The translations under genes and the position numbers were made by a program. Below, piece after piece: positions 29,069 through 41,534 of a stretch of DNA of 64,000 nucleotides. The notes under the pieces were generated by a model. The model was not told the origin of the DNA and made no database searches. It saw only the letters and a list, made by a program, of their open reading frames with translations. Position 1 is the first letter of the stretch. Every line of letters begins with the position of its first letter. This DNA is from Eledone cirrhosa (lineage: Eukaryota): NCBI GenBank assembly GCA_964016885.1, contig OZ024758.1, positions 992,001-1,056,000 on the forward strand, read 5' to 3'.

Positions 29069-29983
29069 TCGGGTTCGATCGGAGGTAACCACAGATATAC
29101 ACAGCAGAGTATATATATTGACCTTCTAACGCCAAACGTCTTTATATATATATATATAAGAAATGAGGTGCAACAGAAATGAAACATGGATTACAGGTTA
29201 AAATATAGTCTAGATAGATGAGAAACAAAACGAGGATGTAGTTTATGGAACATCCAAATGATTTAGAAGTCGACTTTAAGTAGGAGCAATAACATTAAGA
29301 AAGACATGAACGACACCACATCATTTTGTTTTGAAAATTTTGAAAGTCGGTTTATAAGTATGAATTTTCATGCGATTTTCGTAGTTGTCTCCGTGGCCTA
29401 GCGGTAGGTTCTAGGGACAGTGGAGATCCTGGTCTTGGGTTCAATCCTGGTCAAGAGGTACATGTAGCCTTTTTCAGTTTTTATTTTGCAGCCCATAGAA
29501 AAAAACTGAAAAGGTTTACTGGGAACCCTATTATCAACCAGGATCGAACTTCAGACCAGGATCATCCCCGTCTATTATTCCTCCAACTAGGCCATCGAGA
29601 CATCTACAAAAGTATAACGAAAATTGATAATTATAAACCTACTTTCAAAATCAAAGTTAAAAAGATGTGGTGCTCTTCATGGCTTTCCTAGAGTTATTAG
29701 TAATAATTAGGGTCGACTTCTGGTCATTATTGAAAGTCTCCGGATTTCGCAAAATACATATGTTTTATTGGAGAAGGTAAGATATTTTTCCGCAAAAATT
29801 TGATTGCATTGTTTTGTTTCCACTTCTGTATTTTTCGAAAATGTTATTTATTCATTATAAAAATTAAATGTATATGGATGAAATAGTGATAGTCCTGTAG
29901 AAACCACTTCTATATTAAATTTGTTGTATACACTCTACTAATGTATTGAATATTTTATTGTGGCTACCTATTATTGAACCTGG
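29069..29983. mobile_element. Degenerate fold-back element with two convergent tRNA-like Pol III promoter heads
   Basis: Plus-strand A box TGGCCTAGCGG (29394) and B box GGTTCAATCC (29438). Minus-strand A box TGGCCTAGTTGG (29594-29583) and B box AGTTCGATCC (29550-29541). The inverted arms are diverged and the terminal repeats are weak. A second copy lies in reverse orientation at about 52100-52669. Confidence 0.72.
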
Positions 29984-29986
29984 GAA

Positions 29987-30076
<90 letters not shown>

Positions 30077-31203
30077 GCGCGCACGCACGCACGCACACAC
30101 ACACACACACACACACGCACGCACACACACACACACATACACACACACATGTATGTATGTATGTACGTACGTACGTATGTATGTATGTATGTATGTATGT
30201 ATGTATGTATGTGTATGAGTGCGTGCGTGCGTGCGCCTGTGTGTATGTGTGGTAACAATAGAACGAAGAAGGACAAATTAACTTCTTAGATATATTTTAA
30301 CTATTAGCAAATGTGTAAATATAGGAATATGAGTTGTGAGGAGGTGAGACGAGTATTGCAATTCCAGGTGTGATTATAGGTTTCATACTGAATATTTTCT
30401 CTCATAATTATCAAAGGTAATATTATCTCAGAAGCTCCTTTATATTTCACTTTTATTTATATTTATCTCATGGTGGTTTTCGTAGTTTTTTTTTGTTTTA
30501 TATTTTCTTACTAACATCTTTATTGGTTTCTTCTAGTTTCTCCAACAATTAAACAACATATCACTTGACTTTTTCAAAATTGAATACCTCTGTATTTCAT
30601 AATTATTTCAACAGTTTGTTGAGTACAGGTTAGATATAGCTTATTGGTGTTCTTTTTAGGAGGTTATTTTTGTTTATGTATTTTTGTTATTGGTGATGTT
30701 CTAGTTATTATTGGTGTTGTTTTTGTTGTCGCTGTTGGTGTTGTTTTTGTTGGTGTTGGTGTTCTTGTTTATGGTGTTAATAATGAGGTTCTCATCCTTT
30801 TCAGTAATTGGATTTAACGAGGAGACTTTCTTTAATAATCTTTTTTATTTTGTTTATTTATTACAGGTTTATGTATAGATACTTATGCCAAGAAATGGAG
30901 GGGCAAGTCTGGCTGAGTATTTAAGAAGTTAGCTTCGTAAACTTGAGTACAACCAGATATATCGCATTGCGTGGGATTTTGTGGAAATTCCTTTAGCATA
31001 GCATTGGACCGATCCCCTCCGCAGTGCAAGTCCCGATTGAATGAACCCTTAATATGTATATGCCCATTGTAGAGTTTATCATTCAAAGAAATAGCGGCAA
31101 AATATCCGAAGTATCGGCTCCTATGGGCCCTATTAGAATAGAATTGAAACTTCGAATTAAATAAACCCATTGTTTTGAAAGATTATATATATATATATAT
31201 ATA

Positions 31204-31286
<83 letters not shown>

Positions 31287-31322
31287 GTTTTGAATATGTC
31301 ACTATGTGTAAAACAACTTTTG

Positions 31323-31383
31323 TATTTTATCTGATGAGGGCGTACCAAAATTTTGGTACCCTTGAAATATATATAATAAAATA
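31323..31383 (+). ncRNA. Minimal type I hammerhead, family A
   Basis: Reads TATTTTAT-CTGATGA-gggc gtaccaaaa ttttggtac cctt-GAAA-tatata-TA-ATAAAATA. It has an 8-bp stem I, an intact core and a palindromic stem III. Confidence 0.82.
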
Positions 31384-31541
31384 AATATGGTTTTATAAAG
31401 ATAGTTTCCATTTATTAATATTATTGATATTATACTCCAAAAATTCTGTTCAGTGGTTATAATCTGTTATAAACTAAATTTATTGAATAATCAACAAATT
31501 AAATAACAAATTGCTTATATATATATGTATGTATATATATA

Positions 31542-31611
<70 letters not shown>

Positions 31612-31629
31612 CATATATATATATATGTG

Positions 31630-31703
<74 letters not shown>

Positions 31704-31727
31704 CATATATATATATATATATATGCG

Positions 31728-31805
<78 letters not shown>

Positions 31806-31823
31806 CATATATATATATATGTG

Positions 31824-31878
<55 letters not shown>

Positions 31879-32680
31879 ATGTATGGATGTATCTGTCTGT
31901 GTGCATCTATGTGTATGTCTGTGAACGTACGTATCTGTGAGTGTGCGGGCTTACAGGCGAATTTGAGAAGCTGGTGAATCCCAATCGGGTGGAATTGTAA
32001 TACTTCAGTACGTAGATTCTAAAATTTCCTCTGTCGATCATAATAAACTTGTTTATATCTTTATATCTTCAACGTTTATTCCATTTATCATCCTTACCAA
32101 ACATATTTGGTATTAATTATGCCTACAAGAAGAAAAAGGTAAGTGGGTCGATGACAGGGCATGACCAGTGTGTGAACGTCCTGCTTCTTACACAAGTACC
32201 ATGACAAACATATAAAGCATCATAACAAAATCTAAAGTAAAATAACCATCACTTAATGTTTAGTACACGATGTCAAATCCTCTTTAAGTGCGTTCGTTAA
32301 ATTGAATGTACTTGAAAGAAACCTTAATCTATTTCATGTATATTGATGACCGTTAACACACACAAACACACAAACATATAAATATATATATGAATATATA
32401 TAATTGAATATGAAAGAGAGATACATATATGTGTTCAAATCGTAAGGGACCGGGTTCGCTAGGGTGAAAGAAATTTACTGACTATGAAACAATAAGGTTT
32501 GCCAGACTCAATTTAAGAATAAATCAAGAAAATAAATACAAACCGATATGGGGAAAATACCAGACACCCAGACAGCTTTTGGGGATGCTGTTTCGAACAC
32601 ATATATGTGTTTATCTGTCTTTTATATTCAATTATATTACACAGCTTGGAAAAATCTCGTTCCTTGAGCTATTTCATTGT

Positions 32681-32746
<66 letters not shown>

Positions 32747-32780
32747 AACAAATAGTTACCGATCTACAAGGCTGAATACA

Positions 32781-33254
32781 ATAAATGTAATCTGAGTTTT
32801 TCGAATATTAATAATGATTTCTAGTATAGGCACAAGGCCAGTAATTTGAGGAGAGGGGAAAGTCGATTAAATCGACCTCAGCACGTTACTGGTGTTTTAT
32901 TTTATCAACCCCGTAGGGATGAAGGGCAAAGTTAACCTCCGCGGGTTTGAACTCGGACCGTAAAGGACCGTAACTCTATGCTGCAAAGCATGGTGTCCGA
33001 CTTTCTATGCCAATCCAATAATATTCGATTCGTTTGCAATCATGCAAACAGCCTCTTTTTTAAGCCATGTAGGTAGAATGAGCCCCTCATAATCCCACAG
33101 AAACATTAGTGTCTGCAGTTCTGTTTACATGCCAACACAAGAACAAGAATGAGGGTCTCATTCTACTGACATGGCTTAAAAAAGAGGCTGTTTGCATAAT
33201 TGCAAACGAATCGGATATTACTATTAATATTCGAAAAACTCAGATTACATTTAT
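32781..33254. mobile_element. Fold-back element with about 105-bp arms whose left arm is interrupted by a SINE
   Basis: 32781-32813 plus 33018-33090 together form the reverse complement of 33149-33254. A SINE occupies 32814-33016. Confidence 0.78.
32814..33016 (-). mobile_element. tRNA-derived SINE (family S2, cephalopod-type)
   Basis: Reverse complement of the motif GAGTTCAAAxCCCGCxGAGGTTAACTTTGCCxTTCATCCxTACGGGGTxGATAAAATAAAxxACCAGTAAC. The motif also occurs at 23160-23240, 35500-35606, 37537-37800, 38135-38300 and 50408-50780. Confidence 0.8.
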
Positions 33255-33555
33255 ATATATATATATTGAACTTTAGGAAAGCTCTGCATATTTTCTTGGT
33301 TTCGTTTTCAGTTTATATTTGTAAAATGTGTGGTAACTGATCATTTTGTGGGCCTGAAAACGCCAGCTTTTTCGCGACGGCCAGTTAGTCTTTTACAAAT
33401 ACATCAAAGATCACAAGTGTTTTAAGGTCTAAATCTATGATTGCATCGATGTATGAATGTATATATTGATGTTTAGATGTATATATGAATGCATTTATGT
33501 ACGTACGTACGTATGTATGTATGTATGTATGTATGTATGTATGTATGTATGTATG

Positions 33556-34828
33556 TTATCTCTTTCTCTTAATTTCGAGTATATTTTTTTGACCGGCCAC
33601 CTTCCTGGTGGCAAGGTTGTAAAAGAAAAGAAATTGTCATCCCTTGAATCGCAAGAATGTTTTGCAAATTTTGAAGGTGCCAGCTATCGCAGCCATTTGT
33701 AGACTATGAATTAGGGAGCTGCGCTTTTTGTCCGCAAATCCAAGTTCGGTCATACTTTGGTCTAAGCGGGTTGGTATATAACCCGTAGCTCCAATAATGA
33801 TGGGTATGAAGCTAAAGGTGTATCTTGGGTACTGGATTTGTAAACTCCTCATCAATGGTCCGTAGATGTCCTCCTTCTCCTGTATTTTTCTGACAACGTT
33901 TACATCAAGTGGGCAGCTGATCTCCACAACAGAACACGGTTTCAATGTGTGGTCCCAAACAACAATATCAGGCCGGTTGTGCTTTAATTTGGTGGCAGTT
34001 TTTATTTTCAGGTTCCACCAGTATTCCTTAGTGCCATCAGTCTCAATATATTCTTCCTCGTTTGTTGTTAATTTTGTTTTCCGAAGTGCGTTCCAGATGG
34101 TTCTAGCTATCCCATCGTGTCTCATGGGGAGGTAGTAGCGAGATGACATTCTTTCGCAGCTGGCAACAATGTGACTTACATCCTCGATCTTTGTTTTACA
34201 TAGCCTACACTTATTGTCAGCTGTTGTGCAGCAGATATTTGGTAGGGAGTTCTTGTTCCTGTATTGCATAGAGATATCCCTCAAGGTGTGATGTCATAAG
34301 CTTGTCGGAACTCCATGCCAGGCTTTTTGAGTGGTTTATCCCCTCTATGGTCTGTGCTTTACGTCTCAAGTACCCATGCACAACTTTTTCTGTAAATTGG
34401 TCAATTTTCTAATCTTGTTTGAACATTGAATAGGATCTTCCGATTTTTCTGGGTGAGAGATTTATATCAGGCTTTATTTCATATCTCTCCTCCAGATCAG
34501 TCGCTATTCTAATGATATTTTTTTTTTCATGCTCATAAACCTGGGCAAGATGGTTGCCAACCTTTTTCCTCTGTTGAAGGTGTTGCTTCAGTGTTACTAT
34601 CCGGGTCTCATATGTTGTTAATATTGATTTTAGACCCCGGCCACCTTCCTTGCGTGAGAAGTATAGCCTATCTACATCACCATTGATGTTAAAGTTCCCA
34701 GTAACACTGAGAAGTTTGCGAGTTCTAACATCCATCTCACTTAGTTCTTGCAATGACCAGTTCAGCAGGCCAAATGTTGGCGTTAGAATTGGCACAGCAT
34801 AAGTATTGTTGGCACAGCATAAGTATTG
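33556..34828 (-). mobile_element. 5'-truncated, disrupted R4/Dong-like non-LTR retrotransposon (RT thumb, CCHC zinc knuckle, restriction-like endonuclease, 3' UTR)
   Basis: NTYAVPILTPTFGLLNWS...DVDRLYFSRKEGGRGL is the end of the RT. KCRLCKTKIEDVSHIVASC...RHD is the CCHC knuckle. NRPDIVVWD...VVEISCP...EKEDIY...PIIIGATG is a PD-(D/E)xK-type endonuclease. There is an in-frame stop at 34409-34411 and a frameshift near 34230. Both flanks are (TATG)n. Confidence 0.88.
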
Positions 34829-35154
34829 TATGTATGTATGTATGTATGTATGTATGTATGTATGTATGTATGTATGTATGTATGTATGTATGTATGTGTG
34901 TATGTATGTATGTATGTATGTATGTACGTATGTATGTACGTAAGTACGTATGTCTGTATGACTGTATGTATGTTTATGTGTGTATGCATACATACATAGA
35001 CTTATATATGTATGTTTATGTAAATTGGTCTTTGCAAGGTAAAAAAAAAGGTCAGCCAATATAAACAAAAAATAAAAAAAAAACATGAAGGAGTATAAGG
35101 TAAAAAAAACTCGAAGCAAAATATTAAAAGGAAGATGGAGAAAAGAGAAGAGAC

Positions 35155-35193
<39 letters not shown>

Positions 35194-35499
35194 AGCAATA
35201 AAAGAAGGAAAGAACGAAGACGTAAATTAAATGAAAAATGAGACGAACGTGGTCAAACCCGACTTGTTTCAATCTCTTGAAACTCTTTGCTTCTAGTGGC
35301 GCCATCTTACACGAGGAGTGGTCACGTGAAGAAATAAATAGATAAATAAATAAATTCGAAGCGGAGTGTCTTTATTAGAAGGAGGGAGTGAGTCTATGAG
35401 AGGGTTTGACCTGTACGTGTCTTGCTTCTTCAACAAGTATCATTACAACAAAAATGAAACACCATATGAAAAACGTTCAACACACAACCATCATTTAAT

Positions 35500-35606
35500 T
35501 GTTTCTACTTTTGGTACAAGGCCAGCAATTACCTAGTGTATTACTGGTACTTTATTTTATCGACCCCGTAAGGATGAAAGACAAAGTTAACCTCGGCGGG
35601 ATTTGA
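35500..35606 (-). mobile_element. Truncated SINE S2 flanked by an 18-bp direct repeat
   Basis: ACACAACCATCATTTAAT occurs on both sides of the S2 fragment, consistent with a target-site duplication. Confidence 0.7.
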
Positions 35607-35796
35607 ACAACACAACCATCATTTAATGTTCAGTACAAGCCACCAAATCTCTCTTAAGTGGTCGTATTTAATGTAACATGGTCGAAACACATGTTAATCT
35701 CTTTCTCTCTGTCTATCTGTCTTGCTGTCTCACTCTCTCTCTCTCTGTGTTTTGCTTTCTCTCTCTGCCCTTTCTCTCTCTCTCTGACACACATGC

Positions 35797-35857
<61 letters not shown>

Positions 35858-35866
<9 letters not shown>

Positions 35867-36397
35867 CGTAAAATAAGAAAATTATAATAATTAACTTACT
35901 TAAGTTTCACTCCAACTAATTATTTTCTGAAAGGGGATATACATAGTGTTCAAAGCTATGGAGAACTCCTTTCTTCACCAGGGAGTCAATTCTCTGCTAA
36001 GATCCCAGGCGATAGGCGGACACAGGGATCTCAAACAAAAATAATTCAGTGAATGGAAAAGAAGCAAGCGCGGACTAAATTTCAAGACACTGAAAATTTC
36101 ACTACCTTCCCGGTCAGTGGCAAATTCAAAAGAATCAATCACTGATTAACCTCGATGTCACGTGATTGATTCTTTTGAATTTGCCACTGACCGGGAAGGT
36201 AGTGAAATTTTCACTGAATTATTTTTGTTTGAGATCCCTGTGTCCGCCTATCGCCTGGGATCTTAGCAGAGCATTGACTCCCTGATGAAGAAAGCTTTGA
36301 ACACTATGTATATCCCCTTTCAGAAAGTAATTAGTTGGAGTGAAACTTAAGTAAGTAAGTTAATTATTATAATTTTCTTATTTTACGTCTTTCATAT
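35858..36397. mobile_element. Head-to-head inverted duplication of the family-B hammerhead element (hammerheads 35909-35986 minus, 36277-36341 plus)
   Basis: The left arm 35858-36142 and right arm 36162-36397 are reverse complements, with two internal deletions in the right arm. The spacer is about 19 bp, and (TA)n lies on both sides. Confidence 0.85.
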
Positions 36398-36503
36398 AAT
36401 TGTTCTACATTTTTGTATTGAACCACAAAGTTACTAAGACAAAACCTATATCTTGCTAGCATAAGTATACTTCTGTATAAATATCTTGGTAGATATACTA
36501 ATT

Positions 36504-36565
<62 letters not shown>

Positions 36566-36665
36566 TAATAATGATAATGAGTAGGAACGAGATATCAATA
36601 TAGCATCAATATGTTTACCCCTCGTGTGACGCACGTTTCGCGATCGATCAGCTCAAGTTATTATC

Positions 36666-36725
<60 letters not shown>

Positions 36726-37529
36726 TATATATATATACCTATATAGATATAGATATATATACCTATAGTAACTATATATATATATATATATATATTTCAC
36801 AAAAGTATTTATTCATATTTCTTTACGGTAAAATTATTTTTCCTTCCTTGAGGCTGAAGCGTGAGTACGTTTAATAAGACATTAGACTATGATATGGTAT
36901 ATTAAGGACAGATTGGACGGCAATTCTACGGATGTTTTCAACTGGAGTTAACTGAGAGATTTCTTTATCATATTAGTTAGGAGAGAATGGCTATGCCCTT
37001 GAACTTTTTCAGGGTTCCTCAGACCTGTGGGAAGAAGTTAGAACCACTTAAAGTGAAGGGCTGGTCGAATGCTTGCCATAGAATGTATTCCATTGAAAGT
37101 AGCTAAGAGCCAGCTGTTTGTGTTTAAGCTGGCGATGAATTAAGGCTATTAGCTAAGTAGGACTCGGCGAGAATTAAAGAAATATTGCATTACAGAATTA
37201 AAAGAACATACCGCCTTAGACTAGTATATTATTTCTTGAGTTTGGAAGGGTGACAGATTCAAACCCTGTTTACAATAAGCCAAAATATATTCTGCAATGC
37301 ATTCCATCCAATGCTCTAAAACTTTTGCAAAGAATGATGTCAAAATTGAATGTTTTATTTGAAGAAGTGCAAGGACAAGTGAGTCGATGTGTGGATATGA
37401 CCTGTATGTGAAAGTTTTGCTTCTTTCACAAGTGTCATTATGTTCCAATATCAAAACTTAAAACAACACAGCCATCATTTAATGTTTAGTACACGAAAGC
37501 TAACCACTTACCACAACACCATGACTTCA

Positions 37530-37800
37530 ATATTGCGTTCTGAGTTCAAATCCCGTCGAGGTTAACTTTGCCTTTCATCCTTACAGGGTCGATAAAATAA
37601 AGCACCACTGGGATAATTGCTGTCCTTGTGCCAAAAGTAGAAACAATTATTTCTCAGTAACGCCCTGGGGTCGAAGTAATTGAGATCCTCCCCCACCCAA
37701 AAATTGTTTGCTTTTTGCCTAAATCAGTAACACACCTGGGCGATTTAATCGAAACCCCCCCCCCCCCCCCCAATATTGTTTGCCTTGTGCCCAAACCAGA
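37530..37800 (+). mobile_element. SINE S2 with reiterated 3' tails
   Basis: GTTCTGAGTTCAAATCCCGTCGAGGTTAACTTTGCCTTTCATCC is followed by three variants of the tail ending ...TTGTGCC. Confidence 0.75.
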
Positions 37801-39321
37801 CATAAAAGTACTATATCAAAAACTGGTGAGAATATGTTCTTAAACGAAAGTCTTATAAACCTGTTGCTCGAGGGTAGTCTCCGATATACATATTCAAATG
37901 TTGGGGCTAAACCGGATGATAAATTAATTCTACCGAGCTAGTAGTTCACGGTACCATGTAAACACACATCACAAGTCATTCCGTCACATTCTTGTCTCCA
38001 GAAGGATGAAAGTCAATGTCATTTCAGTTGGATTTAGCCTCAATCAGCCGAAACAAAAACTTCAATATATTTTACTGACACTGTATTTCTCCTTATTTGA
38101 TCTCTACTATTTTCTTCTTGGTATTAAGAGAACGGAAGGCGGTGAATTGGCAAAGTCATTTGAATATCGGATAGAATGCTTTGTGGTATTTGATCTAACT
38201 CTCTGCTCTCCGAGTTCAAATTCAGTCGGGGTCGACTTTGGTACTTTTCATTGAGCTTGGATGAAAGGCAGTCTTGTACTAGGGTCGTTTCCTCCTCTAT
38301 ATCTCTTTTTCACATCCTTTCACTTACTCTCTAACCTTCTCTTGTATAAATCTGCCGTATTCAGACCTGGGGAAGAGATGGGATTCGCCAGGTTTAACGA
38401 TGCCAAAGAAACGACGTATGTCAGTACAGTGCCCCCTCGACATCTTCAGGTGTTACAGTTCCATACATATGTAGATATATTAGTACTGATTGTATCCTGA
38501 TTAAAGTGAATTTTGTCAGAGAATACTGCTCTTGAATTGTCGGAGTTCAATTTCTCCAAATTTCCCATTTAAATATCTATTTCATTGGCTCTTCATAGAT
38601 TTAATTTGAATCTGTTTGTCGTCTAGGCTGGAATTCTAAATCGAAATTTTCTCTGACTGCCATATAATACATTTACGATTTATATGCAAATGAGAATGTT
38701 TCTGGTTTAATTGCTAATTATATTTGTGAATGCACAATAAGGGACATATAAATACACTTATTGTTATAAATTTATTCTACTTAATACTCGTAAGTATATC
38801 TCTGAAGCCAACTACATATGAAATTGAATACAAACTTTATTCAATAATCATTCCAAATTAGAATGCATATTCAATCATTTTCCAATATTAATTAAATTCG
38901 TTTGCCGCATTTTTGCAAATATGCCGATACACATACCATGGCACCAGTTTGGTGAATCATTAGGTCTGTATAACATGATGTATATCTCAGGTAAAGCGTC
39001 TGTTTTAAAATTTTAATCATTGGAAGAATCCTATTCAGCGTCTTTACAGTACAAGGAGCATTTTTAGCGAAGAGAGTTTATTTAATTCATAATTGTATAA
39101 CATGAAGTGATACAATTACGAATAATGTGTTTTGTAACATTTGTCAGTTAGCACGGCTATAGTAAAAGACAGAACATTTATGTTAGTTATGTGGCGGTAC
39201 TAAGTTTGGGTTTGGTTTGTCTGAAATTCGATGAAGAAATTTAGATTCTTAATAATAGTAGATATCTTTAATATAACAAATAAATGACGAAGAAAAAACT
39301 CGCAGTCATACTTACACCCAC

Positions 39322-39502
39322 ATGGGCGTGCATAAAACTATATGTGTAGAAGAAGAAGAAGAAGTCTTTTATGCTTTAACTTCAACCATTCTTATTAATA
39401 ACTGAATTATTTCATTCCAGGGTCTATGTTGAAAACTAAACCTCATTTGCTCCTTCCAAAGGACTATCTTGGTCAATCTATGATCATTTCAGCCGACCCT
39501 CA
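39322..39502 (-). mobile_element. Degenerate mariner-derived MITE family M
   Basis: Core ATGTTGAAAACTAAACCTCATTTG...TATCTTGGTCA...TTTCAGCCGACCCTCA. Confidence 0.65.
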
Positions 39503-40960
39503 TAAGTTTGTTCGTGACTGTAAAGATTGATACAATTGTGTAGTAAATGTATCGTGTGGTATTGCAGAATTAAAATCGGTTACAAACCGTGTTTGCGGTA
39601 TCACTACATTGAATTAGTATAAGTCTGATGTGAGATATACAAAAGTATAAGTTGATAGTTCAGATAGTTTAGTCTCTGATAATCATTGTTAGATATAAGG
39701 GTATTATTATATAGGGGGAGAAATGAGGTGACGTAATAGAATCCGTGTGCTGGTACAAAATAAGGGGTTAACTTTCGATAGTAAATCTTCATTTACAATC
39801 GTCAGATGTACATCAGTCAGATAATAATGAGGATTCATGGGGATCTGAATGGCTACGATTACTGTGGGGTTATAATAAATGTGAAATAGAAAACGATAAA
39901 CTTCTTTACAATAATAAATGAAATGAAACTATGACGTGATAGCGAAAACTTTAAGATAAGCGAGCTGTGTACCAATTGTATGTTGTATATATCGTCATGT
40001 TACAACTCTGTATTTATACTCTGTATTTATATAAATAGTAACTAAATTCAGATTTATCATACGTAACCCACCGCAACGTTTATTATATACACAAACATAT
40101 ATATATATATGAGTATGCATGTATATATATATATATATGTGTATGTATATGTGTGTGTATGTGTCTGTATTATGTATTTGTGGGAGTATGCGTAGAAATA
40201 CCGATGATGGCTGGAAGATCACTGATGACGGACAGTCCTGCCTTCTTGCTCTAATTTTATTTATATGTATATATATATGTATATATGTATGTGTAAGTGT
40301 GTGTGAGTGCATATGTGTGTGTATTTAATATAAAGTATTGTGAGATATGTAACAAAAGATCAATAATCTTCAAAAAAGCAGTAAAACTCGGTAGAAAAAT
40401 ACAAAGGGTGAATACTGACAAATAAAACAGAACAAAGTAACGTATTATATAGTCAATTTTAATATCGATCTTTCGTTTTGTTTTGAACTGTTTCAGCGCC
40501 ACATTTGGAAGGAGGGTTACCGCCCTGAAATATGTTTTTTCCTATCACCTTTTACATAAATTATTAATTTGAAGAATTTAATTTTCCAACTTTTTACTTC
40601 AGGAAAACCAAGTGGAATTTTACCGTTCCTTCTTGTTTCTGGTCCTAATATGTATACGCCACGTTCATTATACTTAATTAAAAACTAAATGAATTAAATC
40701 AATAGAATGTTCTGTCTTAATTAGTTGTTGCCATTGTGGATTTGTTTTTAAAATAAAGATAATGCAATATTTGTAATTAACAATAAATTGTTCTTGTTTA
40801 CACACGTAGGAAGTATTTTGAGAGATTAGCATATATATCTTATTAATTAATTCTTAAAATCTGGATATGATATATATATATATATATATATATATAGTGG
40901 TAGAACACTGGAAGGTAATATCCGTAGTGGTAGAGCACTCAGTCCATGGGACGAGTTAGG

Positions 40961-41088
40961 TAGAAGTGGTTACACAACAGTTACTTCACCATACCGAGAA
41001 CAATTGTTTCACCTTCATTTACGAGCTGAGGATCCGCTAAGGTGAAACAATTGTTCTCGGTATGGTGAACTATCTGTTGTGCAACCAC

Positions 41089-41093
<5 letters not shown>
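40961..41093 (+). mobile_element. Mini-element: minimal hammerhead (41022-41059) preceded by an inverted copy of its own 3' half
   Basis: The motif is CGAG-CTGAGGA-t cc gctaa gg t-GAAA-caattg-TT-CTCG, with palindromic CAATTG as stem III. 40961-41015 is the reverse complement of 41039-41093 with a few mismatches. The element lies between (TA)n tracts. Confidence 0.82.
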
Positions 41094-41135
<42 letters not shown>

Positions 41136-41238
41136 TGACCAAAAGTCGCGGTATATAATAAAATAATTATGTTTTATAAGAAACAATTTATTCAAAATAA
41201 ATACGGAAACTTAAAAATGTCGTATGTATTGCGATGTA

Positions 41239-41289
<51 letters not shown>

Positions 41290-41332
41290 AAAGATATTAA
41301 ATAAATGGAAACTATATTTATAAAACCATATT

Positions 41333-41397
41333 TATTTTATTATATATATTTCAAGGGCAACCAAGCCAACTTTGGTGCGCTTTCTTCAGATAAAATA
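41333..41397 (-). ncRNA. Minimal type I hammerhead, family A
   Basis: Minus strand reads TATTTTAT-CTGAAGA-aag c gca ccaa agttggc ttgg t tgc c ctt-GAAA-tatata-TA-ATAAAATA. Confidence 0.82.
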
Positions 41398-41460
41398 CAA
41401 AGTTTGTTTTATAAATAAAGACGTACCCATGAAAATCAAACCTTAACGGTCGGAAATTCA

Positions 41461-41534
<74 letters not shown>

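Noticed and set aside
39752-39811. Minus-strand CTGACGA-stem-GAAA-GTTAAC motif
   Set aside because: The core, stem II and palindrome are present, but there is no UH cleavage site and no adjacent stem I pairing.
40196-40250. CCGATGA/CTGATGA motifs (similar isolated cores near 1758, 43457, 51535 and 60303)
   Set aside because: They lack a correctly placed GAAA, stem I, or both, and such heptamers are expected by chance.
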